Shown: positions 27,584-39,840 of the stretch, one piece after another | How positions within the stretch are numbered: position 1 is the stretch's first letter | How the letters are laid out: every line of letters starts with the position of its first letter | Origin: Haliotis cracherodii | Lineage: Eukaryota | Assembly (NCBI RefSeq): GCF_022045235.1 | Contig: NW_027266264.1 | Span: forward strand, 77,500,001-77,564,000 | Length of the DNA: 64,000 bases | Direction of reading: 5' to 3' | The notes under the pieces: model-generated | What the model was told of the DNA's origin: nothing | The model's database searches: none | What the model saw: only the letters and a program-made list of their open reading frames with translations | Translations under genes and position numbers: made by a program

Positions 27584-30500
27584 AACACGTCCCATTTTAA
27601 TTCTGGAAACCCAAAAGTCCAGAAACTCTACGCTCTTTGCCCAGTCTCGGTTGAAGGTATTTACAAAATTAAACATGCCGTTTTCATGGGAACATACCAA
27701 GGATGAAAAAATGAAAAAAAAAATGTTTAAAAACTCGATATTTAGACTATGTCGCCCATGGGCCTGCCCATGGACGAAGTCTGGCCCATGGGTAGGCCCA
27801 TGGGCGAGAATATGTTCCTTTACTTAAAACTCATGATTTTGTTTCGCAAATACATTAAATGTATTTATTTAAGTATCATGACACAAAATTTAAGTCATTT
27901 TAACTTAATTCAACGATTTTATAGCGATATTGAAATATTTCGCCCATGGGCGAGAAAAAGGTTTGGCCCATGGGCGAGAATATGTTCCTGTACTTAAAAC
28001 TCATGATTTTGTTTCGCAAATACATTAAATGTATTCATTCAAGTATCATGACACAAAATTTAACTCATTTTAACTTAATTCAACGATTTTATAGCGATAT
28101 TGAAATATTTCGCCCATGGGCGAGAAAAAGGTTTGGCCCATGGGCAGGCCCATGGGCGAGAATATGTTCCTTTACTTAAAACTCATGATTTTGTTTCGCA
28201 AATACATCAAATGTATTCACTGAAGTATCATGACACAAAATTTAATGAAAAAATGAAAAAAAAATGTTCAAAAACTCAATATTTAGACTATGTCGCCCAT
28301 GGGCCTGCCCATGGGCGAAGTCTGGCCCATGGGTAGGCCCATGGGCGAGAATATGTTCCTTTACTCAAAACTCATGTTTTTGTTTCGCAAATACATTAAA
28401 TGTATTTATTTAAGTACCATGACACAAAATTTAACTCATTTTAACTTAATTCAACGATTTTATAGCGCTATTGAAATATTTCGCCCATGGGCGAGAAAAG
28501 GGTTTGTCCCATGGGCGAGAATATTTTCCTTTACTTAAAACTTATGATTTTGTTTCGCAAATACATGCAGGTGTTTCATGGCACATAATGAAACTCAATT
28601 TTACTCAATTCAGCTATTTTACAGATTTATTGAAATATTTCGCCCATGGGCGAGAAAAGGTTTTGCCTTCGAAATCCTTGATTATTATATCATGCCAGAG
28701 TTCTGAAATTCAGTGACAATGTTGCTGAACAGTAGAATCTGATGGACGTATTGTGCAGAACCTGTTTGACACTATGGGTTCCAGGACCACTAACACTCTG
28801 AGCTGAAAAAGTTTGGTCCTAACCGCACCCAACATCTTTAATGAACCCGGCCTTATCTCTCAAAACGTTTTGGCAGTTTATCATACGAATTCATGTGCGT
28901 GTACAACATTAAATTTTAGTTAGTTTCTATTTCATTTCCCATTTTATGACCCGTTGATACATCACACTGTGCAATTACGTGACAGGTACGCGTGCGCGTA
29001 TTTTAATGGAAAGAAACTATTCGTCTTTTATTGCATAACGTTTGGCTGAATATCTTACATTCTAACGAAATCTCGAAATAATTATTTAATTACAAGCAGT
29101 GTCGAACTGACCAGTAGGAATTATGTTTCAATGCGATTGAGGAAAACGTGAGTGAATATTGTGACACTAAAGCAACTTTTAACTGCATTGTCACTTTTGG
29201 TATGAAAATGGTAATAGTTAAGAAAAACGTAACAGCCTTCTTATGATAATTCGTGAATAAACAGTTATGCAGGTGTTGCTGTGGGCAAATACCTAGCCTG
29301 TACATGTATATTTTTGTGGATACATGTATTACATATTTTCGTTGATATGTGGATATATTAAGCACAAAGACACAAAAAGTTTATGAAAGATGAATTTGTG
29401 CCTTGATATATATATTCAACGCGAACGAAGCTTGTATTTTCTCCGCGATCCTGATGTGTATCATCGTTTAATTGGTCATTCATTAAAAGTATGTTGTGAG
29501 GCGATATCAAAGGAGCCGCTCAATATACACAGTGTCGTCCGTTTCGCGTGAACTACCACCCTACCCTGTCAGTAAGAGTTATGTAATCGGTACACAAATA
29601 TATTTGGTGCGATGTCAGTGTGGAAGGAGTTTGAATTACGTCCGCCAGTGGCCACAGAAAGTATAGTACAAATCAACAAGGCCAATGCCGTACTAATAAC
29701 CTAGTGACTCGCGTAACAACGGCTGTCAATATGTCTGCTACATCTACCATACCATCATCCCTGTCACAAATGGGGTATTAACGGCTTATTCAAAATATTA
29801 ATTGTAGAAATGTCGTTATCAGACTAACGTACGTCGTATTCAGTCCTCAACTGGATGTTACATTTCTGTTACCAGCCATGTTTGTGAAAATATTTACTAG
29901 ACATAAGATTTAAAGACTAATAAAATCAATTGTAAGACCGCATAGACAATAAAACCGAATAAAATATGTCTTGGTATCATCTCTTGTGTATTAGATGATG
30001 GCAATGACCGGAAATTTTATAACGTTAGATTAAGAAGGAGAAACATTAAAGTGTTTTACAATACTTGGAAACATGAGCAATAAGATGTAGCAACATAAAC
30101 ATGCATGGAATAGGGAAAAAGGATGAAAACAAATTGAAAAGGATTTTAATACAAAATTATCGAACTAAATAACTTGCCTGAACAGAAGGGGTACCCAAAT
30201 TTGTTTGACAGTTATTCGTGTGTTGTAGACTGTCGAATGGGACTCATGTGTGTACGTAGGGTACGCATATCTATTGCAAGTTTTAGTACTCATACACTTT
30301 CTCTTTTTGTGTTTTGTTTGTTTGTTAGTTGTATAACGCCACATTTAGCAATATTTCAGCTGTATGACGGCGGTCTGTAAATAATCGAGTCTGGACCAGA
30401 CAATCCAGTGATTGACATCATGTGCATCGATCCACGCAATTGGGATACGATGACATGCATCAACCAAGTCAGCGAGCCTGACCACCCGATCCCGGTAGTC

Positions 30501-33500
30501 GCTTCTTACGACAAGCGCTGTCGCCCTTTTACGCCAAGAATGGTTTGTTGAAGATCTTCACGGGTCTATTGAATGCAGGGATTTGTGTAAAGTCATTCAG
30601 ACAGCATACAATGCCAACTAAAAAATTATACTCAGTGTCTCCGCAAAGTAATATAGTACGGTACTTAGAGTACATGTGAGATTATACTCAGATTAGGGAG
30701 ATGTTTAATCCATATAACGTGTTATTATTCTACCTAACAATGTATTTAATGAAATGAATGCAAAACAAACTCAACGGCTAAAAGGTTTCATTGAAGAAAC
30801 TACCCCTAGTCTTGACTAATAAAACAACTGCAACCCGACACAGATTAAACGCAACTTACAAACACAATCATAATCTGGTTAGTCTGTATCACTCAACGAG
30901 GCCGCTTACTCTGCCCACAGTATGACAGTATTGGGCAGTTCAGTAATTAGGAGCCAAAACCAGGCAGGTACGCTGGTCACACTTGACTGGTCTGACTGAT
31001 GATTAGGTCGTCTGACAATTGGGAGTGAACCATAGCAGAAGTATCTGCGAAACTATTTGCTCCTTTTATGGGACCGATTAGTTTTATGACCATGGGCCCT
31101 CGGCACAAGCGTGGTGTTGGAAGACAAGTTATACATGTACATCCGATATGGTGACTGTTTTTTCGCTATTCATATTCTAAATACATTCATAATACCACAA
31201 CATTTTAGTACTCCTTGAAACTTTACAATCACTTCAATATGTACAATAGATTGAACGAGAACACTTGATATATTGCAGATTATTAAATCATTGTCTCTAT
31301 TATCAGCCGCTACGTTTGTATCGTTTGCATTGTACAAAGAAATGTTTTATCTGTCCTTTTGCAGATTTAGCCTCAGAATGTGCTCATTCGAATTAGGAAC
31401 GAAAATAATTGCTTATCATTAGTATATATGATACAGTTAAAAGTTACTTGTACACTGTAGACGTATTCACTTTAAAGTCGCATACGACCTTCGCGAGCGA
31501 GTTGAATGATCCAGGTTAATTGGAACGAAGTCTAGAAAGGGTTATAAAGTTTTGTATTTGGTAATGTGTAGGTTAGTTAAATATAATTTTTTAAATTCCT
31601 TTTATTTCAATTTCAAAAACATAACTATGCGCTTAAAAACAGAGCTGACTTGATGGGAGATAGCCACCTCAGATTGTCTGTTGGGCACGGTTTTAACCTT
31701 ACTGTGTCCTCACCCTGGTGTTGTTACCGTTGTTATAAGGGATTAAGAGCTACGGCTCATTGCATTTTTGGTTACAGTCTGTATCACTAAAGTGGACATG
31801 TGCAGGTGAACTCCGTTCAATTAGTATATGAAATGCCCCAAAATGTGAACTCCAGACAATAATAACCTGAGGGTAAATCCACGTGCGTCTGCCTTTCCCC
31901 TCGTTCACCTTCGAATCCTTGGATTATTATATCATGCCGGAGTTCTGAAATTCAGTGACAATGTTGCTGAACAGTAGAATCTGATGGACGTTTTGTGCAG
32001 AACCAGAAAAAGTTTGGTCCTAACCACACCCAACATCTACAAGTTTGTAAGATACAGTGATGTAAGCATCTTCTAAAATCTTCTAAAAATATAATAAAAT
32101 ACAAAACTCTCTGCCGTATTTTTTTGTGGAAATCATTCGATCAAGTAAAAAATGACTGCGTGACAAGACGAATCAACTATTTATACCCGATAAAAGAAAC
32201 TGCCGTATTTTAGGAACAGTGCTATAACAAGACATTTGAAATTTCTAACAAGCAGATACATTAGATACAGTGACTAGACTACAGGTACGTAATCCGTATC
32301 AATCAAAGGTGTAAAAAAACTGAAAATCATATCTGTCGGAGACCTACCAAATTACCAAGTTTTATCATTACTATATTTATTACAATGCAAATACTTTAGT
32401 GATACATTTTTTAGAGGAGAGGGCATACACACAAGTATATTGCTTCCGTGTGTGAATGCAGGTTGTACTTGGTATCTCAGTTCTCAGTTTCATACCGGTT
32501 GTATAACTGAATTTGTATATGGAACCATGCGTACAGCATGACAATTACTTGCTATTCGTCAGTTTACAACACACATAACACGGTCAAACAATTTTAGGCA
32601 CTGCTTTTGCGAGTTATTTAGTACTATAATGTTTTATTAAAATCTATTTCAATTTGTTTTCACCATTTTCCCTATTGACAGTCGTTGTTTCGTGCGTCAC
32701 TAGGTAATTAGTACGGATTGACCTTGTTTATTGTTTCTATACTTTGAGGATTTCTGTGGCAAGTGGCGGACGTAATTCAAACTCCTTCCGCACTGACACC
32801 GCATCAAATATATTTGTGTACCGATTACATAACTCTAATGGACAGAGTGGGGTGGTAGTTCACCGGACGACACTGTGTATATTGGGCGGCTCCTTTGATA
32901 TCTCCTCCAAACACACGTTTATTGAATGACTCCATTAAACGATGATACACATCTCGATGAATATATCAAGGCACTAATTCATCTTTCATAAACATTTTTT
33001 TGTCTTTGTGCTTAATATATCCACATATCAACGAACATTTGTAAAACATGTATCCTAAAAAAAAAAACATTTTCAGGCTAGGTATTTGCCCACAGCAACA
33101 CCTGCATAACTGTTTATTCACGCGTGGTGTGGTAGATCGTAATTGACCGAGAGCAGGTATTGTAGAATCACCTGTAAATAAGGCCGACACTGTAATTAGA
33201 TACAACGTACTAATGAGAATTATCATAAGAAGGCTGTTGTTTTTTCTGAACTGTTACCATTTTCATACCAAAAGTGACAATGCAGTTAAAAGTTGCTTTA
33301 GTGTCACAATATTCACTCACGTTTTCCTCAATCGCATTGAAACATAATTCCCACTGGTCAGTTCGAAACCGCATGTAATTAAATAATTATTTCGAGATTT
33401 CGTTAGAATCTAAGATATTCAGCCAAACGTTATGCAATAAAAGACGAATAGTTTTTTTCATTAAAATACGCGCACGCGTACCTGTATATTGCATACCTAG

Positions 33501-34385
33501 TGTCACGTAATTGCCCAGTGTGATGTATCAACGGGACATAAAATGGGAAATGAAATAGAAACTAACTAAAATTTAATGTTGTGGAAAATAACTCCAATGA
33601 ACTGGAGTACACGCACATGAATTCGTATGATAAACTGTCAAAACGTTTTGAGAGGTAAGGCCGGGTTCATTAAAGATCGCTACAATATGTAAAACAGGTG
33701 AAATTTATAGAACTAGAGGAAACATCCAGCCAAATGCCCTTTTAAATAGTAATGTAATGATATAATATAAAGTATATTTCACACGATACAATATACTTTG
33801 CAAACAGTTAGTTGATGCTTGAAAGGGACTGACGAAAACATGGGCGAAATATTTTAATAACGCCGTAAAATCCTTGAATTAAGTTAAAAAGAGTTTAATT
33901 TTGTGTCATGATACTTGAATGAATACATTAAATGTATTTGCGAAACAAAAACATGAGTTTTAAGTAAAGGAACATATTCTCGCCCATGGGCCAAACCTTT
34001 TTCTCGCCCATGGGCGAAATATTTCAATATCGCTAAAAAACAGTTGAATTAAGTTAAAATGACTTAAATTTTGTGTCATGATACTTAAATAAATACATTT
34101 AATGTATTTGCGAAACAAAATCATGAGTTTTAAGTAAAGGAACATATTCTCGCCCATGGGCCTGCCCATGGGCCTACCCATGGGCCAGACTTCGCCCATG
34201 GGCAGGCCCATGGGCGACATAGTCTAAATATTGAGTTTTTAAACATTTTTTTTTTCATTTTTTCATCCTTGGTATGTTCCCATGAAAACGGCATGTTTAA
34301 TTTTGTAAATACCTTTAACCGAGACTGGGCAAAGAGCGTAGAGTTTCTGGACTTTTGGGTTTCCAGAATTAAAATGGGACGTGTT
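27584..34385. mobile_element. Non-autonomous foldback-type DNA transposon, 6802 bp, long TIRs, 4-bp TSD TTAT
   Basis: Empty site in other units is aaagc-TTAT-aactttcc. Here it reads aaagcTTAT[aacacgtcccattttaattctgg...ccagaattaaaatgggacgtgtt]TTATaactttcc. The termini are near-perfect inverted repeats over ~500 bp with GCCCATGGGC subrepeats. There is no transposase-sized ORF. Confidence 0.93.
30310..30567 (-). mobile_element. SINE-like repeat nested inside the foldback element
   Basis: Same family as 222-470 (gtctggaccagacaatccagtgattgac...caaccaagtcagcgagcctgaccacccgatccc). Confidence 0.8.
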
Positions 34386-36473
34386 TTATAACTTTCCCCA
34401 TTTCTAGGCATCGGTTTGGGATGGGTCGTTCTTGCTGCGCTGTGGATCCTTATTTTTGATATTCATCTCACCTCTGAAATTTAAATAATGATTCGCTGAC
34501 TTACATCGTATCTGCTCCTAATCATAAATTTCTTAATTTAAAACCANNNNNNNNNNNNNNNNNNNNNNNNNNNNNNNNNNNNNNNNNNNNNNNNNNNNNN
34601 NNNNNNNNNNNNNNNNNNNNNNNNNNNNNNNNNNNNNNNNNNNNNNNNNNNNNNNNNNNNNNNNNNNNNNNNNNNNNNNNNNNNNNNNNNNNNNNNNNNN
34701 NACATTGTTGAAACTATGGAACGACAAAGAGTCACCATATACTTTTGCATAGCCCATGGTATACTTTTATTAAGAACAACCTTGACAAACGAACATTCTA
34801 CTCATCATTTCATTAAGGCATCCAAGCCCTATATATTTCCTATCAATTCATTTATTTATACTTCACTATCTGGATGATAACTGCAAATGATAATTATATT
34901 TAATGTAATGATGCTCCATGTTACGGTCATGAAGAAAAGTCAGTGCAGATTTAATGTTCACATTTCAGCTGTGACTCTTCACGCACGCCTCTGGTAACAC
35001 GGTTAAAAAAACCTGTTGAAACAGTTCCTGTTAAAGAACAGATCTCAATGTATTTCATATGTAGTGTGATCTACAAATGGAACCTGCATTTCATAGAAAG
35101 AAATATATCATTGATTACAATGAAACAACATCGGAGCTCTGAAAGGGTCTTCCTGTATTATTAATACTGAAAAAGAGGAATGTGCAGTGGGGAGTATGGC
35201 TAATCAAGGAGTTGTATGTAAAGAGGATACAGGAAAAGGATAAATGTAAGATGATAACTAAAGCTACGGAATGGGTTGACTATGCAGCTACAGAATGGTA
35301 CGACTGTTGGGGGGCACATTTCAAACTTTGTAACTGTCAATTCTTGCCATTACCAAAAACCTGTCGAGTCGTTTACTACTTTACCAGGAAAGCTTAATAA
35401 TAATCCTTACTTTTACAGATGGCATAAAGGTTTAGGTGCTTCTCACGTATAAAGAATGCCGACATTTGCATTTTTGTAAATGTCATCGTGGACAGAGAGT
35501 GTTGGATACTACAGAAGACTAATGGTAAACATTTGTTTGTGTGTTACCGAAGGCACACGATCAGGTGGCTCTTATATATGAATATGTGACCTTGTTATGG
35601 AACATTAATTGCCAACTTCTGTTGTGTATTTCCAGACTACGTGCATGTCGCTTTGTTTGCTTGTTTGTTTAACGCCGCACTCGACAATATTTCAGCTAAA
35701 TTACGGCGGTCTGTAAATATTCCAGTCTGGACCAGACAATCCAGTGATTGACACTATGAGCATCGATCTATGCAATCGGGATACAATAACATACATCAAC
35801 CAAGTCAGCAAGCCTGACCACCCGATCCCGTTAGTCGCCTCTTACAGCAAGCATGGGTTGCTGAAGACTTATATTCTAAACCGGATGGTCACGGATCCGG
35901 TCTGCAGGGACGAAAGTCAACACTATAAAGTTGATCAATGTCATTGAGGAATATACATATCTGAACCTCCATAATGCATTCAAACAACTTTCACGTGCGA
36001 ATGAATGACACTTTTTCAGAATCCTACGAAATTTCTGTCAATAACAGGTACTCGGTGCCACATGCTTGTCGTAAGAGCTGACTTATGAAGGCGACCAGAT
36101 GTTTATTGTGTGTGACCTGACTGATTGTGCGTCACCGTTGCCGCATGGTTTTGTGCCTCTGCCATGGTGTAATTTGACAAAGGCTGACTGTAGCGTTAAA
36201 CAACACTCTCTCATTCACCCACTCATTCGCTCATGCCAGTAAACTAGTATACGCGTTTCTCTTTCATTTTGATGATTTATATCTCACTGTTCCGATACAA
36301 CTCTCTTAATAACATTTGTTTTCCTTTTGTAACATAGCCCCAACACTACTATGAATAAAAAACGTAAGACATTGTTTCAATGATTGTGTTTAATATGACA
36401 TATTTCAAACCGGATACAATAAATTATGTACATATTGATGATGCAGATGAATTGTGACACTGGAGCGACAACC

Positions 36474-37012
36474 TTAGTAGTAGCCATATCCAATACCTGC
36501 AACAAAAAGAAGAGTATTTTGTTTAAGAATATTTTCCGTACAAAGTCATTTCTACGTCTTGTAATAATTTCTATATCCAATATATCGATAGGTTAGTTAT
36601 GCTGCATGTGTCCAATTAAGGTGGAAAATAAGTTTGGTGTAATTAACTTATTTATAATCTGTCAAAGTATTAGGTATATGTGAGGGTCAATAATATTCTC
36701 GGCATGATTGTATTTGCATTTACCTTTTCCGAAACCTCCGATTCCTCCGTAAAGTCCTCCTAATCCGTAGCCTCCGTATAGACCACCCATTCCATAGCCT
36801 CCGTATAGACCACCCATTCCGTAGCCTCCGTACAGTCCTCCCAATCCGTAACCTCCGTACAGACCTCCCATTCCGTAGCCTCCGTACAGACCACCCATTC
36901 CGTAGCCTCCGTACAGACCACCCTTTCCGAAGCCTCCGTGCAGACCATAGCTCACAGGCTCAGCAAAGGCAGCGACAGCCAGACAGGCAACAAGGGCGAT
37001 AACTTTCATCAT
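36474..37012 (-). CDS. Secreted Gly/Tyr-rich repeat protein, copy 9, terminal copy (103 aa; exons 37012-36724, 36496-36474)
   Basis: Intact frame and splice sites; its upstream flank runs into unique sequence at 38288. Confidence 0.9.
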
Positions 37013-38148
37013 TTTGGAAGGCTGAAAAGGAGTTTTTCATTCATTATTCAAGTCTGTAAGAAAATCCGTTTCTGTACCAACTTGTGGTCGCTATTCTACA
37101 CTTTTTTTATTTGGTTGGTTTAAGTAGAACTTTATCTGAGAAACATGTGTTGTCATATTTGAACTAGAGTTGGTTGATTTGAAAACTACAAACACATTTG
37201 GAGGATTCAATCAATGTTACAAATAGTAATCAGTAAAAGTTTGAAATAGCATCACAGCAATAACTACTGACTAACACTCATAAAACAGCAAGGTAAAATA
37301 CAGCGTTCACAGGGACAGGCTGAATACCCCGTAAAACACAAACCAACTGATACTCACAGAGTGTGTTGATTAGACTGGATCTAAACGTGAAGAGAGGCGA
37401 CAGCAGTGATAGCTAGTGCTTGAAAACAAGACGCTTATATACACCAGTATTTGGTCCACACCCGGAACTGACTAATTTCAAGTATATTATCTAATGCAGC
37501 ACCAATTTGCAACACCTTTTAAGAATCATTGCTGATATGAATTTCGTTTCCCTTGCCCCCCAGGGACTATGTCCAATGCAATGTATGTGTGTAGGTGCGG
37601 GCGAATGATTAGGGAAGTAATTACATCACTGACAAATGACCCGTGATGAAATTACGTCGATATGCGTAGATTCGTGTATAAATACCGTTACAGATGAGCA
37701 TAGCCAGTGTTTTCCTATGTGGTCTGTGAAAAAACAATTCTATCACAATGACCAAGTAACGGGTATTGTTATAATTGTAATGATAAAAGACAGTGTGTAA
37801 TTCATTTCCCCTCCTAGATGGTTACTCTATAAAGTAATATCTCTTAAAGGAAAGTGTTCCAAAACATACATGGAGAGCAGGTTATCTTCCGAACATGGTG
37901 TTTCGATACATTCTACCACCATTCTTTTCCGACATGTGTATGTATGATATATATACATGGCTTTCCTAAAAGCTTATAACTTTCCCCATTTCTAGGCATC
38001 GGTTTGGGATGGGTCGTTCTTGCTGCGCTGTGGATCCTTATTTTTGATATTCATCTCACCTCTGAAATTTAAATAATGATTCGCTGACTTACATCGTATC
38101 TGCTCCTAATCATAAATTTCTTAATTTAAAACCAACCACAGACTTATT

Positions 38149-38205
<57 letters not shown>

Positions 38206-38803
38206 TGCTAAAACATTCTTGAAACTATAGAACGACAAGGAGTCACCATGTACTTTTGCATAGCCCATGGTATACTTTTATTAAGAATGTAATTGGTTGC
38301 TTGTTCCTTGGTTTCATTGATAGATTGAGGACACATGTTCAATAATGATTGTGCAAGCTATGATTTGATTATATTGTGATAGGTTTGGATAGTTATATAA
38401 CTATGTCTTCCCAGTGATAATGAAAGGCTAAATATGTTTCAGTATATACTCCTGAACTGCTTATCCAAAATTGTGATGTGTCTACACAGATAAATTGCAA
38501 TAGGTTCCATTTGCTAAAGAACTGTGGTCGGTGTGTTGAGTATCCTGTGGCTGGACATAGAGCTTGGGTTTCGGGCTACCCATAGTTTGTTTTCTCTTTG
38601 CATGTACAAGGATAGTTGAATGTATGTTTATTGAACAATGGATATGACGATCCACTGAAATATTTGTCACTGGTTGTGACCTGGCTGTCTGTGTGTCATC
38701 GTACCATCGTGACTAAGTTTATTGGCATTTACCCCTTCCGACAACAAAACTATATCAGAATAAAATCTATCAGAAAATGTAACTGGTCACGGTTTAAAAT
38801 GTT

Positions 38804-39379
38804 AACAAGAGTCATCAGAAAGATGACATATCCCCCCAGCAGCTGTCTGTAAAGTAACCACAAGTAAATGTGCACGTCTGTATGTAATGAGTCAACAGTT
38901 GAATGTTCTTTAAGAAGCATACATTGTTTACCCACTGAATGGTTTTCGAATTCTGGCCCGGAAATGAACCCGTTCCCCAATGGAGTCTAGGTCCAACTTC
39001 CTTCTATAAAAATTGTAAAAAATAAAAATATCAAAAGGCACCACTTCAGTATGTGCCTGATAGATTTGCCAAGTTTCGATCAAATACACTGAATGGTTTT
39101 TCGAATTCTGCCCCGGAAACTAACCCCATCCCCAATTGAGTCTATATCCAACTTCATTCCATAAAATTTAAAAAAAATAAAAATTAGAAAAATCCCAAAA
39201 TATCAAAAGGCACCACTTCAGTATGTGCCTGATAAAATTGCCAAGTTTCGATCAAATACACTGAATGGTTTTGGAATTCTGCCCCGGAAAAGGAGATGAT
39301 TACGGACGGACAGACGGACAGGTAGACAGACTGGCTGATCGCTACATCCCCCCGCATTATATGCCGGGAGGATAAAAAA
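38804..39379. mobile_element. Helentron-associated (HINE/DINE-1-like) non-autonomous element
   Basis: Starts aacaagag with a gtcatc-agaaa-gatgac hairpin and atatcccccc. It has 2-3 internal tandem repeats of ~155-170 bp (cactgaatggtttt..gaattctg at ~38933, 39087, 39259), a (GGAC/AGAC)n tract, and a terminal hairpin atccccccgc..gccgggaggat followed by an A-run. This is the modular layout known for invertebrate HINEs. Confidence 0.7.
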
Positions 39380-39455
39380 TGGCTTACTGACCATATTTCA
39401 ACGACTACATGGTGTCATATCATGTACTCTTTTAATTCAGTGTTCATGATGATGA

Positions 39456-39840
39456 GACCGCCTCCGTGGTCTAGTGGTAGAGCGTCTGCCCGAAGAGAGG
39501 AAGGTCCGGGGTTCGATGCCCGGCCACGTCATACCAAGAGACGTTAAAAGATGGTACTTGTTGTTACCCTGTCTGGCGCTCGGCAAAAGGACATAAAACA
39601 AGGACTGGTCGTCTCGGAGTCTGTATACTGTGTCTTAGTGGGGTATTCATGTTAAACTGCGGCATGGTATCTCATAGGGCTACCACTATAAATCGGCATT
39701 AGTCCGGACTAGTACACGCACGCACGCACGCACGCAAGCACCCACGCACGCACGCACGCACGCACGCACGTCGCTATTTTAGTGCAATAATCTTGGACCC
39801 GACGTTAAACCCAATTTCACCTCACCTCACCTCACCTCAC
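39456..39840 (+). mobile_element. Full-length tRNA-derived SINE with target-site duplication
   Basis: A box tggtctagtgg, B box ggttcgatgcc, internal (GCAC)n, tail gacgttaaacccaattt(CACCT)n. Flanked by catgatgatga at 39445-39455 and 39841-39851. Confidence 0.88.

Larger units (their letters stand above)
1..38287. repeat. Tandem gene array of ~3.55-3.59 kb units, 9 gene copies in the window; left end not visible
   Basis: The same 67-aa spurious ORF recurs at 951, 4524, 8115, 11680, 15266, 18850, 22430, 25982 and 36377 (spacings 3573, 3591, 3565, 3586, 3584, 3580, 3552, 10395). Similarity to the unit stops after ...ttttattaagaa at 38287. Confidence 0.98.

Noticed and set aside
27749-28716. PMG/AHG/PWA repeat ORFs (mirrored at 33960-34411)
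   Set aside because: Translations of the GCCCATGGGC subterminal repeats, with no transposase motifs.
27586-34383. CACTA/Transib assignment from CAC...GTG ends
   Set aside because: With those ends the flanks (ttataa / ttttataa) give no direct 2-, 3- or 5-bp duplication. Extending the TIR by AA/TT gives a clean TTAT TSD.
39456-39530. tRNA gene
   Set aside because: A and B boxes continue into a SINE body with a tail and TSD; no convincing full cloverleaf.
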